A stretch of DNA of 64,000 nt from Verrucomicrobiota bacterium (GTDB lineage Bacteria > Verrucomicrobiota > Verrucomicrobiia > Verrucomicrobiales > JBCCJK01), in assembly GCA_039027815.1 (NCBI GenBank), contig JBCCJK010000002.1, forward strand, positions 25,610-89,609, written 5' to 3'. The number at the start of each line of letters is the position of its first letter. Position 1 is the first letter of the stretch. The notes under the pieces were generated by a model. It was not told where the DNA came from. It saw only the letters and a program-made list of their open reading frames with translations, and did no database searches. A program made the position numbers and the translations under genes. Positions 1-8,937 of this stretch are shown in pieces.

Positions 1-344
1 AGCTGCGGGCCATCTTCGGGCTGACGGAGCCTGCGGATCGCGCCAAGATTCTCGCCCTGGTGGCCGAGCTGCCCGGGGTCAAGAAAGCGCTCGCGCTCGA
101 TGGGCAGTCGGAGGGCGATGACTTCGCCGCCTCCGCCAAGGCCACCTTGGAGCAGTTGAGCGCGCTGACTCGCAAGCTGGGCATCGACGACGCCAGCACC
201 TTTGCCATCCAGACTTCCAATGGGCTCTTGAGCTTCTTCACTTACGGCAATGTCACCTTGGCCATCCTGCATGATGGTGCCAAGTTTGCGCCGGGCGTGC
301 GCGAGAAGCTCATCATTTGCACTCGAGAGCTGGCCGCTTTTTGA
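1..344 (+). CDS. Roadblock/LC7 (MglB-like) domain protein, 5'-partial (reading frame is open to the window edge)
   Basis: The frame containing ORF 60..344 stays open back to position 3. Small alpha/beta protein directly upstream of an MglA homolog. Roadblock-like pattern (..GVKKALALDGQ.. / ..LLSFFTYGNVTLAILHD..). Confidence 0.5.
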   Translation, partial: LRAIFGLTEPADRAKILALVAELPGVKKALALDGQSEGDDFAASAKATLEQLSALTRKLGIDDASTFAIQTSNGLLSFFTYGNVTLAILHDGAKFAPGVREKLIICTRELAAF

Positions 345-415
345 AGCGGATCGTCTCTCGATTGCTCGGGCTCCTCTCTCGCCCTCTCCCTGCCTGAACT
401 CCATCCTCTCTCTCC

Positions 416-1051
416 ATGGCTGTCATCAACGAAGACCGGCGCGAAGCCGTCTTGAAACTCGTCTACTGCGGAACGGCTCTCGGCGGCAAAACCAGCAATC
501 TCAATCATATCCACGGAGCTCTCCCGAGCGACAAGCGGGGGGATATGGTCTCGCTGGCAACCGCCGCCGACCGCACTCTTTTCTTTGATTTTCTCCCGGT
601 CAATGCGGTCGAGATCTGCGGCTACCAAGTGAAGTTTCAGCTCTACACCGTCCCCGGGCAGATCGTCTACAACGCCACCCGCCAGCTGGTGCTGAAGGGG
701 GTGGATGGGATCGTCTTCGTGGCCGACTCGGATGAGCGTCGCTTGGAAGAGAACGCGGAATCCCTCCGTTTCACTGAACAAAACCTGAAGGACAATGGCG
801 TGGAGCCAACCCAGCTCCCGACCGTTCTCCAATACAACAAACGCGATCTCCCAAACGCCGCCCCCATTGAAAACCTGCGTTATCTCCTCAACCGAGGCCT
901 GGTCCCGCGTCCCGAGTTCGAATCGGTCGCGACCGAGGGTCACCAAGTCTTCTCCACCATGGACGCCCTGACCCAACTCGTCCTCCAACGCTTCGAATCC
1001 TTCGTGACCCAAGAGGGAGCCAAGTCCGGCAGCAAGGTGGCGGCCAGCTAA
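416..1051 (+). CDS. mglA: MglA-family Ras-like small GTPase
   Basis: Near full-length resemblance to Myxococcus MglA: P-loop LVYCGTALGGKTSN, DRTLFFDFLP, switch II YTVPGQ, LKGVDGIVFVADS, G4 motif YNKRD. Confidence 0.85.
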   Translation: MAVINEDRREAVLKLVYCGTALGGKTSNLNHIHGALPSDKRGDMVSLATAADRTLFFDFLPVNAVEICGYQVKFQLYTVPGQIVYNATRQLVLKGVDGIVFVADSDERRLEENAESLRFTEQNLKDNGVEPTQLPTVLQYNKRDLPNAAPIENLRYLLNRGLVPRPEFESVATEGHQVFSTMDALTQLVLQRFESFVTQEGAKSGSKVAAS

Positions 1052-1072
1052 GACCTCGAAAAGCCTCCCACC

Positions 1073-1564
1073 ATGGAATCCGAGCACATGTTATTGGATG
1101 AGACGGCCCTGGCCCGCTTGGACCATGTCTTTGGCAATTTTCTGCAACAATCCCGCTGCCAATGGATCATGCTGGTGGACCAGACCGGGGCCATGCTCCG
1201 TCTCCGGAGCATGGCGGAAGCGCCGCCCGAAGTGGTGGGGCCGCTGGCGGCGGCTGCCGGGAGTGCCATGGCTCAGTTGTCCCAATGGTCCGGGCATGGA
1301 GCCGAGCCTTTCATCACGAGCGCGGTTGGCAGCAAGGGACTGTGTCTCTGGCCCTTCATGACCCGGCTCTTTTTGGCCTGCGGCTACGATCAGCAGAGTG
1401 CTCCGGCCCACCTTCGCGAATGCGCCGAGCGGTTTTCGCCTGTCTTTCTCGGCGCCATGTTGGGGACCGAAGGCGGGGAGGGCGCGGCTCCCGGGCTGGC
1501 TCAGTTCCCCTACCCAGCCCCGCCGGAGGGAGGCCAGCCGGATCGGTCGTTTCCGCAGGTCTGA
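1073..1564 (+). CDS. Second Roadblock/LC7-like (MglB/MglC-like) protein with a Pro/Gly-rich tail
   Basis: Lies 22 nt downstream of mglA. Core IMLVDQTGAMLRL...GSKGLCLWPFMTRLFLACGY fits the Roadblock fold pattern, but similarity is weak. Confidence 0.45.
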   Translation: MESEHMLLDETALARLDHVFGNFLQQSRCQWIMLVDQTGAMLRLRSMAEAPPEVVGPLAAAAGSAMAQLSQWSGHGAEPFITSAVGSKGLCLWPFMTRLFLACGYDQQSAPAHLRECAERFSPVFLGAMLGTEGGEGAAPGLAQFPYPAPPEGGQPDRSFPQV

Positions 1565-1652
1565 TCGCTTCTCGCTGAGCAGGTTGTGGGAGAAACTTTC
1601 CCCTTTTCCCTGAGGCCAGGTTGTTGTAAATAACCTTCGCATCGCGCCCGCG

Positions 1653-2342
1653 ATGCTCTCTCGACTCATGCTGGAGCTGATTCAGAAAGGAGGCCCGCTC
1701 ATGTGGCTGTTGCTTGGCTGCAGCATCGTGGTCTTCGCCATCGGTTTGGAGCGTCTCTTCGTCTACCGGAGCGCTTCCCTGCATCTCTCCCCCCTTCTTC
1801 AAGGCTTGGCGGTCCTGATCCGTCGCAAGAATTTTGCGGAAGCCTTGCGGGAATCCGCGGCCACGCCCGGGCCGATCGCCCGCGTCATCCACGCAGGGCT
1901 CCTTCGCCACGATTTGCCCCGGGGGGAACTGCGAGAGGTGGTGCGGGAGGCGGGGCAACTGGAGGTGCCGCGCTTGGAGCGCTTTTTGCCCATTCTCTTT
2001 TCCATCGCGATGGTGGCTCCGCTCATTGGTTTGCTCGGCACCCTCATCGGTCTCATCGACACCTGGATCAGCGTGAGTGAGGGGGCGGGCTTTGTCACGC
2101 CCGCCCGGCTTTCCCGAGGGGTGTATGAAAGTCTGGTCACCTCGGCCGCGGGCTTGACGGTGGCGCTTCCGGCTTACCTGACCTTTGCCTACCTCGCGAG
2201 CAAGGCGCGGGATTTGCGGCACGATATGGAGCGAGCGGGGATTGAGATTGTGAATTTGATCGACGATGCCCGCCGGGATGGGGAAATCGTGGAGTTTCGT
2301 CGGGAGACTCCTAAGAAGCGTCAAGAGCGGGCCGGCTCATGA
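1653..2342 (+). CDS. MotA/TolQ/ExbB-family proton channel protein
   Basis: N-terminal GGPLMWLLLGCSIVVFAIGLERL and C-terminal APLIGLLGTLIGLIDTW are typical ExbB/TolQ signatures. Three predicted TM segments. Confidence 0.8.
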   Translation: MLSRLMLELIQKGGPLMWLLLGCSIVVFAIGLERLFVYRSASLHLSPLLQGLAVLIRRKNFAEALRESAATPGPIARVIHAGLLRHDLPRGELREVVREAGQLEVPRLERFLPILFSIAMVAPLIGLLGTLIGLIDTWISVSEGAGFVTPARLSRGVYESLVTSAAGLTVALPAYLTFAYLASKARDLRHDMERAGIEIVNLIDDARRDGEIVEFRRETPKKRQERAGS

Positions 2343-2773
2343 AATTGGAAAGCACGCTGCCCCAGCAAGCGTGGACGCTGCATCTCTCGCCGGTGACCGA
2401 TGTCGTCCTCACGCTCCTGATTTTCTTTCTCCTGCTCTCGAACTTGATCCAGCCCAGTGGGGTGGAGCTGTCGGCTCCTCAGACGCGCTTTCACTTTGAT
2501 CCGACGGGCTTTGCCGAGGCCCGCTTGCTCTCGGTCACGGCCGCGGTGGAGGAGCCGGTCGTCTATCTCGACAATCGACGACTGAGCCTGCCCGAGTTCC
2601 AAGCCGAGCTGGATAAGATGCTCATGAAGGAGGGAGAGGACTTGCCCAGCTTTGTCATCAAAGCGGATGCCAGCGCTTCCCATGGAGTGGTCTTCCAAAT
2701 CGCGGAGGCGATCCAACTGCGAGGCATGCGGGCCGCTCTCCTGAATTTGGGAGAGGGGTCCCCACCGCCATGA
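2339..2773 (+). CDS. ExbD/TolR-family protein
   Basis: ATGA overlap with the upstream gene. Single TM segment SPVTDVVLTLLIFFLLL followed by a periplasmic domain. Confidence 0.75.
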   Translation: MKLESTLPQQAWTLHLSPVTDVVLTLLIFFLLLSNLIQPSGVELSAPQTRFHFDPTGFAEARLLSVTAAVEEPVVYLDNRRLSLPEFQAELDKMLMKEGEDLPSFVIKADASASHGVVFQIAEAIQLRGMRAALLNLGEGSPPP

Positions 2774-3501
2774 AAACGGACGAAGCGAAAGGCCCGGGCC
2801 TCCTCTTTTCTTGGCAGGGCAAAGTGGGGCGCTGGTGGGGCGCGTTGGCCTGTCTCGCGCTCTCGGCGCTCGTCCATCTGGTCCTGCTGCTGCTTTTTGT
2901 GAGCAAGCCCGCCACAGGCACGGTCGAGGAGCATGTGGGCGGCGAACTGGAAATCATCTCGGTCAGCACCCCGCTTGGTCGAGAGCTCCTCGCCACCATG
3001 GAGCATCGGGATCTCAGCTTCTTCTCCCCCGAGCCCGAAGCCCTGCCGGAGACCCCTTTCACGGCGGCCCCGGTTCCAGAATACCTAGCGCATCGCCTGC
3101 GGGCCTTGGAATCGCCTCCAGAGCGGGAAGAACGGGCCCTCCCGACTGTTTCCGAATGGGGGCGGGTCTACTTTCCGGAGCAGGGTGCGGCGATGGCGGC
3201 GCCTGGAGCGCCCGCTGAGCCGAGCCACCTGACGCCTCCGGTGCAAGTTTCTGGCCCCCTGGCCCAACGAGCGCTGCGGCATCTCCCCGTCCCCGAGGAG
3301 AGCGCTTGGCTGCGAGCGCTCGCGGGAGAGGTGGTGCGGGCGCGGGTGGAGGTCGATGCCGAAGGCCGCGTCCGGGGGCTCCTCTTGGACGCCACTCCCA
3401 ACTCGGAGATCGATCCTGGACTCCAGGCCTTCTTGCGCTCCCTGCGCTTCGCTCCCCAGCCGGGGCAGACCCGGCTTTCCGGGTGGATTCAAATCAACTG
3501 A
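2770..3501 (+). CDS. TonB-like energy-transducer protein (N-terminal TM anchor, Pro-rich linker, TonB_C-like end)
   Basis: ATGA overlap with exbD-like gene. TM anchor WWGALACLALSALVHLVLLLLF, Pro/Glu-rich middle, C-terminal ARVEVDAEGRVRGLLLDATP...LRFAPQP. Confidence 0.5.
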   Translation: MKTDEAKGPGLLFSWQGKVGRWWGALACLALSALVHLVLLLLFVSKPATGTVEEHVGGELEIISVSTPLGRELLATMEHRDLSFFSPEPEALPETPFTAAPVPEYLAHRLRALESPPEREERALPTVSEWGRVYFPEQGAAMAAPGAPAEPSHLTPPVQVSGPLAQRALRHLPVPEESAWLRALAGEVVRARVEVDAEGRVRGLLLDATPNSEIDPGLQAFLRSLRFAPQPGQTRLSGWIQIN

Positions 3502-3507
3502 GGCCCC

Positions 3508-3747
3508 ATGATTCAGGTCACCGTCCCCTTGCTGCTCTCCCTCTTTGCCCTGGTGGGGGTCTCCCTCTTGCTCTTGGCTTGGCTGCGGAGTGAGCGGGAT
3601 CGAGGGAGGTTCGAGCAGACGGAAGCGCCCCACCGCATTCGCTGCCAGGTCTGCGGGCACGAGTTCTCGGCCAAGCCCAGCAGCCGACCCATCGCTTGCC
3701 CAGCCTGCGGAAGACGGAACGAGCGGACCTTCCAGCGCGTTCCTTGA
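3508..3747 (+). CDS. Small membrane-anchored zinc-ribbon protein
   Basis: N-terminal TM helix followed by CQVCGH...CPACGRR (two CxxC pairs). Starts 7 nt after the TonB-like stop. Confidence 0.5.
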   Translation: MIQVTVPLLLSLFALVGVSLLLLAWLRSERDRGRFEQTEAPHRIRCQVCGHEFSAKPSSRPIACPACGRRNERTFQRVP

Positions 3748-3856
3748 GCCAGAGTGGGAGGGGGAGGCAGCGGGAGGCGGGGCCGGGAGGGTCAAAAGTT
3801 CCCGCTTGAGCTTTCCGCCACCCCCTGCTCTCATGCTCCCTCCTGATTTCCCTCTC

Positions 3857-5116
3857 ATGAACAGCGAACGAAGAGTGGTCATTACCGGCGTGGGCGTGGT
3901 TTCGCCGATTGGCAATGACACCGAGACCTTTCTCCAGAATTCCGTGGCCGGAAAAAGCGGGATCCGTGCGATCCAGGCCTTTGACCCGAGCGAGCTGCCG
4001 GTGCGGATCGCGGGCGAGGTTCTCGATTTCAACCCCAAGGCCTACTTCAAATCGCCCAAGGATGTCCGCCGGGCGGATCGCTTCACCCAGCTCGGGCTCG
4101 CCGCTTCCAAAATGGCCTACGAGCAAGCCGGCTTTGACATCGAGACCCCACCCGAGAACGCCGATCGCATCGCGACCATGGTCAGCAGTGGGATTGGCGG
4201 TCTCCAGATCATGACGATTCAGCATGAAATCCTCATGAACAAGGGCGCGCCCCGCGTCTCCCCCTTTGTCATTCCCATGATGATCGCCAATATCACGAGC
4301 GGAATTGTTTCCATGGAGTATGGGCTGCGCGGTCCCAACATGTCGATCGTGACGGCCTGTGCCACCGCCAATCACAATATCGGAGAAGCCTGGCGGATCA
4401 TCAAATTCGGTGATGCGGACGCTGCTTTGGCGGGCGGTTCCGAGGCGGCTATCGTGCGCCTCGGGGTGGTGGGCTTTGCCAACATGAAGGCCCTCAGCAC
4501 CCGGAATGACGATCCGGCCGCCGCCTCTCGACCCTTCGATACAGGTCGGGATGGCTTCGTGATGGGCGAAGGTGCGGGCGTGGTCATGATTGAAGAGCTG
4601 GAGCACGCCAAAAAACGCGGGGCGGAAATTTTGGCCGAGATCACGGGCTACGGGATTTCCGCGGACGCCTACCACATCACCTCGCCCCACCCGGAGGGCG
4701 AAGGGGCCAGCCGCTGCATGGAAATGGCCCTCGGCCACGCCCAACTCAATCCCGAGGACGTCGACTATGTGAACGCCCACGGCACCTCCACCCCCTTGGG
4801 AGACATCTGCGAAACCAAGGCCATCAAGCAGACCTTCGGGGAACACGCCAAGTCTGGGCTGAAAGTCTCTTCCACCAAGTCGATGACGGGCCACCTCTTG
4901 GGAGCGGCCGGCGGCGTCGAACTGGCCGCTTGCGTGGGCGCCATTCGGGACGGAGTTATTCCCCCCACGATCAATCTGGAAGACCAGGATCCCGAGTGCG
5001 ATTTGGATTATGTGGCCAACGAGGCCCGCGAAACGCCGGTCAAGGCCGCCCTGAGCAATAGTTTCGGTTTCGGGGGTCACAATGCCTCCATCCTAGTCGA
5101 GAAATTCGAGGGATAG
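3857..5116 (+). CDS. fabF: 3-oxoacyl-ACP synthase II
   Basis: MNSERRVVITGVGVVSPIGN start, active-site TACATANH, HITSPHPEG, NAHGTSTPLGD, SFGFGGHNASI. Confidence 0.95.
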   Translation: MNSERRVVITGVGVVSPIGNDTETFLQNSVAGKSGIRAIQAFDPSELPVRIAGEVLDFNPKAYFKSPKDVRRADRFTQLGLAASKMAYEQAGFDIETPPENADRIATMVSSGIGGLQIMTIQHEILMNKGAPRVSPFVIPMMIANITSGIVSMEYGLRGPNMSIVTACATANHNIGEAWRIIKFGDADAALAGGSEAAIVRLGVVGFANMKALSTRNDDPAAASRPFDTGRDGFVMGEGAGVVMIEELEHAKKRGAEILAEITGYGISADAYHITSPHPEGEGASRCMEMALGHAQLNPEDVDYVNAHGTSTPLGDICETKAIKQTFGEHAKSGLKVSSTKSMTGHLLGAAGGVELAACVGAIRDGVIPPTINLEDQDPECDLDYVANEARETPVKAALSNSFGFGGHNASILVEKFEG

Positions 5117-5142
5117 AGAGGGAGCCGCCCCCTTATGACAGC

Positions 5143-5520
5143 TCACCAGTCTAGTTTTCCTCGGAGGCGCTTTTTGTCTCCGTGGCGGCGTTTTTGCTCG
5201 ATGTTTTTTTTCTTCTGGCTGGCGGAGGGACGGCGTTTTTGAGCCCGGATTTTGGAACGACGGGCCAGTCGGTTCTGCCGGGCCGCGCGGGCTTGGGCTT
5301 CCAAGTGGTCGCAGAGGAGCTGGCGGGCTTCCTCTCGATTGGCGCTCAGGGAGCGACTGCTCTGGCACTTGATCTCCCAGCCGCTAGGAAGGTGTCGGAG
5401 CTGCACACAGGAGGAGGTTTTGTTGATCTTTTGGCCGCCGGCTCCCGAGCCCTTGATGAAACGCTCCTCGAGCTGGTCTTCCTCAATGCCGAGGGCACGC
5501 AGGCGAGCTTCCGAGTCCAT
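5143..5520 (-). CDS. ArfB/ICT1-like peptidyl-tRNA hydrolase (RF-1 domain, GGQ motif, basic C-terminal tail)
   Basis: GSGAGGQKINKTSSCVQLRH GGQ motif and a Lys/Arg-rich tail. Start placed at MDSEARL, inside the longer ORF 5143..5571. Confidence 0.75.
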   Translation of the reverse strand: MDSEARLRALGIEEDQLEERFIKGSGAGGQKINKTSSCVQLRHLPSGWEIKCQSSRSLSANREEARQLLCDHLEAQARAARQNRLARRSKIRAQKRRPSASQKKKNIEQKRRHGDKKRLRGKLDW

Positions 5521-5564
5521 CGCTAGAACCAATCGCAAATGCCCCGCTTGGCAAGCCTTGGCAG

Positions 5565-6980
5565 TTGCCACCGCGGCCCGTCCCGTCTAGGAAGGCTGCC
5601 CAAGCCAACTTCCTCGGATCTTTGAGTCAAAACCCAGCCCCCACCCTCTTCGGCACCGACGGTATTCGTGGGCCAGCCCACGAATACCCGCTCGACCTAG
5701 CCACCGTGCGCAAAGCCGGGCAGGCCTTTGCCAAGCTCCTTCGGGAGGGGGGAGAAGAAGGGCCCACCGTTCTGCTCGGTCGGGACACACGGGAGTCCGG
5801 CCCGGCGCTCACGCAGGCCTTGGCCGAGGGCTTGCAGGCGGCCGGCGCCCAGGTCATTTCCGCGGGCGTGCTGCCCACCCCAGCGGTCGCCATGGGGGTC
5901 CCGCACCAGTCCCTCTCGGGGGGGATCATGGTGACCGCTTCCCACAATCCGTTTGCGGACAACGGGCTCAAGTTCTTTGGAGCCGATGGCTTCAAGCTTC
6001 CGGACGAAGGCGAAGCAGCCCTGGAAGCTCTCCTGCACGATCCGGCCTTTGTGGAAGAGCGGGCCGGAGGAAAAGAACTTCCTGATCCGGGCATTCGGGA
6101 TCATTTTGTGGAACAGTCCGTGGCAGCGGTGGGGGGTGCAGGGGCCTTGGAGGGCTTGCGGATGGTGCTGGACCTGGCTCACGGTGCCTCGGTCCCAGTG
6201 GCGGAGGCCATTTTTACGAAAGCGGGCGCGGAGGTCAGCGTGGGGCAGGCCTCTCCTACGGGGCGGAATATCAACCAAGCTTGTGGGGCCATGCATCCGG
6301 AGTGGATGGCCGAGGCCGTGCTGGCGGAAGGGGCTGATTTGGGGGTGGCCTTGGATGGGGATGCCGATCGGGCCCTCTTCGCGGACGCTTCCGGGGCCCT
6401 CGTGAGCGGCGACCGGATTTTGGGCTTGGCGGCCCTCGCGCTCAAGAAAGCGGGCCAGTTGAAACAGAACGCCCTGGCGGTGACCGTCATGAGCAATCTC
6501 GGGCTGCACGCGGCCATGAAGGCGGCGGGAATCGCGGTCGAAGTGACGCCGGTGGGGGATCGGCACGTGGTCGAGCGCATGCGGGCCCGAGACCTCGTCC
6601 TGGGGGGCGAAAACAGCGGGCACGTCATCTTCCTGGACCAAGCCACCACGGGCGACGGGATTGCGACCGCGCTTCGCTTGGCGGTTCTCATGAAGGAAAG
6701 CGGGCAAAGCTTGGCCGAGCTCGCTGCTTTCATGGAAGAGTTTCCCCAGTGCAATCTGGCGTTGGAGGTCGCCCGGAAAACGCCCTTGGAGCAGGTCCCT
6801 GCCTTGCTGGCCGCCATCCAGCAAGCGGAAAAGGACCTTGCGCCAGACGGGCGCGTCCTGGTCCGCTATTCGGGCACCGAAGCCAAGATCCGGCTCTTGA
6901 CCGAACATGCCAGCCGGGAGCGGGCCCGGGCCGCCCTCGAACGGCTGGAAAGGGCCGTGGCCGAAACCATCGGTGCCTAA
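5565..6980 (+). CDS. glmM: Phosphoglucosamine mutase
   Basis: FGTDGIRG, phosphoserine loop TASHNPFADNGLKFF, DGDADR. The start is uncertain: non-ATG, either TTG 5565 or TTG 5622. Confidence 0.9.
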   Translation: MPPRPVPSRKAAQANFLGSLSQNPAPTLFGTDGIRGPAHEYPLDLATVRKAGQAFAKLLREGGEEGPTVLLGRDTRESGPALTQALAEGLQAAGAQVISAGVLPTPAVAMGVPHQSLSGGIMVTASHNPFADNGLKFFGADGFKLPDEGEAALEALLHDPAFVEERAGGKELPDPGIRDHFVEQSVAAVGGAGALEGLRMVLDLAHGASVPVAEAIFTKAGAEVSVGQASPTGRNINQACGAMHPEWMAEAVLAEGADLGVALDGDADRALFADASGALVSGDRILGLAALALKKAGQLKQNALAVTVMSNLGLHAAMKAAGIAVEVTPVGDRHVVERMRARDLVLGGENSGHVIFLDQATTGDGIATALRLAVLMKESGQSLAELAAFMEEFPQCNLALEVARKTPLEQVPALLAAIQQAEKDLAPDGRVLVRYSGTEAKIRLLTEHASRERARAALERLERAVAETIGA

Positions 6981-7002
6981 TACCAATTCTGCAGCTTGGT
7001 AT
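6980..7002 (+). repeat. 23-bp collapsed relic of the 206-bp repeat family (5' end ATACCAA fused to the 3' end TTCTGCAGCTTGGTAT)
   Basis: ataccaattctgcagcttggtat matches element positions 1-7 plus the last 16 nt. Junction falls at a shared CCAA. Its first base is the last base of the glmM TAA stop. Confidence 0.6.
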
Positions 7003-7034
7003 AAGAAAGAATCCTCAGGGTGGGGAAGCGGAGT

Positions 7035-7364
7035 TCAGCTTTCCACTTCCTTGACCTCTCCGGCAGCCGCGTTTTTGGCGACGGAAGCCAGGCCGTTCTT
7101 CAGCCCGGAGTCAGATTTGTATTGCTGGCTGGTGCCGACGATTTGCCCATTGGTCGATTTCAAGGTGAAATACTTTTTCCCGTTGCTGGCTTCCTTGACT
7201 TCAAAGCGGTCCTCCACCTGAGCGTTCTTTTTCACCGACTCGATGCCGTTGAGGCAGCCGGCTTTGTCTTTGTAGGCTTGGCCGGAAAGAATGATTTCGC
7301 CGTTTTTGGCTTTCAAGCGGAAATGAAATTTGCCGGTCTTGGGGCTTTTGAATACTTCGAACAT
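7035..7364 (-). CDS. YegP-family protein (tandem DUF1508)
   Basis: MFEVFKSPKTGKFHFRLKAKNGEIILSGQAY.. and ..KYFTLKSTNGQIVGTSQQY.. are two DUF1508 repeats collinear with E. coli YegP. Confidence 0.8.
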   Translation of the reverse strand: MFEVFKSPKTGKFHFRLKAKNGEIILSGQAYKDKAGCLNGIESVKKNAQVEDRFEVKEASNGKKYFTLKSTNGQIVGTSQQYKSDSGLKNGLASVAKNAAAGEVKEVES

Positions 7365-7431
7365 CGGTGGTTGGGTTGGGTTAGAAGCTTCTGGTGTAAC
7401 AAGTTCTGGCCGAAAAGACCATCCCAAAGTG

Positions 7432-7824
7432 TCATTTTTTGCTGAGCGATTCCAGAATCGCTGTCAGATGACCGGCGCCCTTGTCTTCCAAGAACTTTCC
7501 CAGGATGGAGCCAAACTGGGGAATGACTCCGGGGTCGATCTGAAGCTGTTTGAAGAGTCCGGCCAGCATGGCCAGATTCCCGAGACCTTTTCCCCCTCCC
7601 AACCCGCCCAGGAGACCACCCAGTTTCCCCATGGCCCCGCCATCGCTGGGAGCCTTCTTCAAAAAACCGGCCACCGCGTCTCCGCCCAAAAGATCCTGCA
7701 ACTTCCCAAAATCCTGTTGCGAGGCTTTCGTCTTGATGAGGTTCAAAATGGCTCCCAGGCCCCCTTCGGCCTGCTCTTGGCCGAGGCCTGTTTCCTTCAT
7801 GAGTTGACCGATCAATTCGTGCAT
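7432..7824 (-). CDS. DUF2780-like small Gly-rich protein
   Basis: [18 protein letters not shown]...FGKLQ plus a Gly-rich linker resembles DUF2780 family proteins. Confidence 0.5.
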   Translation of the reverse strand: MHELIGQLMKETGLGQEQAEGGLGAILNLIKTKASQQDFGKLQDLLGGDAVAGFLKKAPSDGGAMGKLGGLLGGLGGGKGLGNLAMLAGLFKQLQIDPGVIPQFGSILGKFLEDKGAGHLTAILESLSKK

Positions 7825-7981
7825 CCAAGAGCCTGTCTTCGTGCGAAGCCAGCGTCAATCAAGAAAGGCGCCTGCTACCAGAAGAATCGCCAAGCAGCCA
7901 AAGATTCCCATTGGTGCTGGCGGGCAGGTGGGCCAAGCTGGACTCTTCTCTAGAAGGAGACCGACCCGCTCCTTACCCATT

Positions 7982-8884
7982 ATGTCACTCCAATTCTTTG
8001 ATCTTCCGACGGCCCCCGTGGGTTGCGCTCCTCTCACGCTGACTCGTCCCCTTTCCGAGTGTTTGGTGGGAGGGAAGTCCCTGCGGGCGGCTTGCGAGAG
8101 CCAAGCAGCCGGCTTGCAGGGAGGAGGGCCGCTTTTTTGGCCATCCACTTCTTGGATCGCACGAAAGGATTTGGAGGCGCTTTGGCAGCAGCCGAACGAG
8201 GCGGCCGTTTTGCGGGACGCCTTGGGCGAGGCCTTGGCTTGGCGAGGAGGTTCTCAGGGGGGACCGACCGAGAACGGGGTGGCTCTTTTGGCGTCGGCCG
8301 GGTCCTTCTCCCTTCGTTACTCCTGGGATTTGCTCGCTTTGCACGAGGCGCTCCTGGGAGCGGAGTCGAGCGGAGGGCGCATCCAAGGAGAGGTCTCTCC
8401 CCAGGCCGTGGTGGAGGGCAGCTTGCATCTGGGCAAGGGATCGCGGCTCCTCCCGGGGGTCTACCTTGAGGGCACCGTGGTTATTGGCGAAGGCTGCAAG
8501 ATTGGGCCAAATTGTTACCTCCGCGGCCCCACCTCCATCGGCGATGGCTGCCACATCGGCAACGCGGTCGAGATCAAAAATTCCATCCTCTACCCCGATA
8601 CCAGCGTGGGACACCTCAGCTATGTGGGGGATAGCATCATCGGGGCGGGAGTGAACTTGGGAGCCGGCACCATCACCTCCAATTACCGCCATGATGGAGG
8701 CTCTCATCGCTCCGAGATTGCGGGGGAATTGATCGATACGGGACGCCGAAAATTTGGCTGCATCCTCGGGGACGGCGTTCACACCGGAATTCACACTTCC
8801 CTCTATCCCGGGCGCAAGCTTTGGCCGCAGGTCACGACGCTCCCCGGTGAGGTCGTCCATCGGGACAAAAGGGGAGACGCTTGA
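7982..8884 (+). CDS. GlmU-like sugar nucleotidyltransferase-related protein with a left-handed beta-helix (hexapeptide repeats)
   Basis: C-terminal hexapeptide run [36 protein letters not shown]...[19 protein letters not shown] at 7982 chosen inside ORF 7841..8884. Confidence 0.55.
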   Translation: MSLQFFDLPTAPVGCAPLTLTRPLSECLVGGKSLRAACESQAAGLQGGGPLFWPSTSWIARKDLEALWQQPNEAAVLRDALGEALAWRGGSQGGPTENGVALLASAGSFSLRYSWDLLALHEALLGAESSGGRIQGEVSPQAVVEGSLHLGKGSRLLPGVYLEGTVVIGEGCKIGPNCYLRGPTSIGDGCHIGNAVEIKNSILYPDTSVGHLSYVGDSIIGAGVNLGAGTITSNYRHDGGSHRSEIAGELIDTGRRKFGCILGDGVHTGIHTSLYPGRKLWPQVTTLPGEVVHRDKRGDA

Positions 8885-8937
8885 GGAGGGGGAGGGCCTC
8901 TTCCCCGCCCCGCCTCAGGTCAGGCGGCAGCTTGGGT

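Noticed and set aside
3518-5080. 520-aa minus-strand ORF antisense to fabF. Similar long antisense or alternate-frame ORFs occur at 5697-6986, 14734-16299, 21789-22898, 22904-24649, 32793-34472, 35336-36280, 44737-45786, 45416-47053, 47445-48638 and 57925-59676.
   Set aside because: Each lies entirely opposite to, or in another frame of, a gene with strong family motifs. Their translations are low-complexity and Arg/Pro/Gly-rich with no recognisable domains. Long shadow ORFs are expected in GC-rich DNA.
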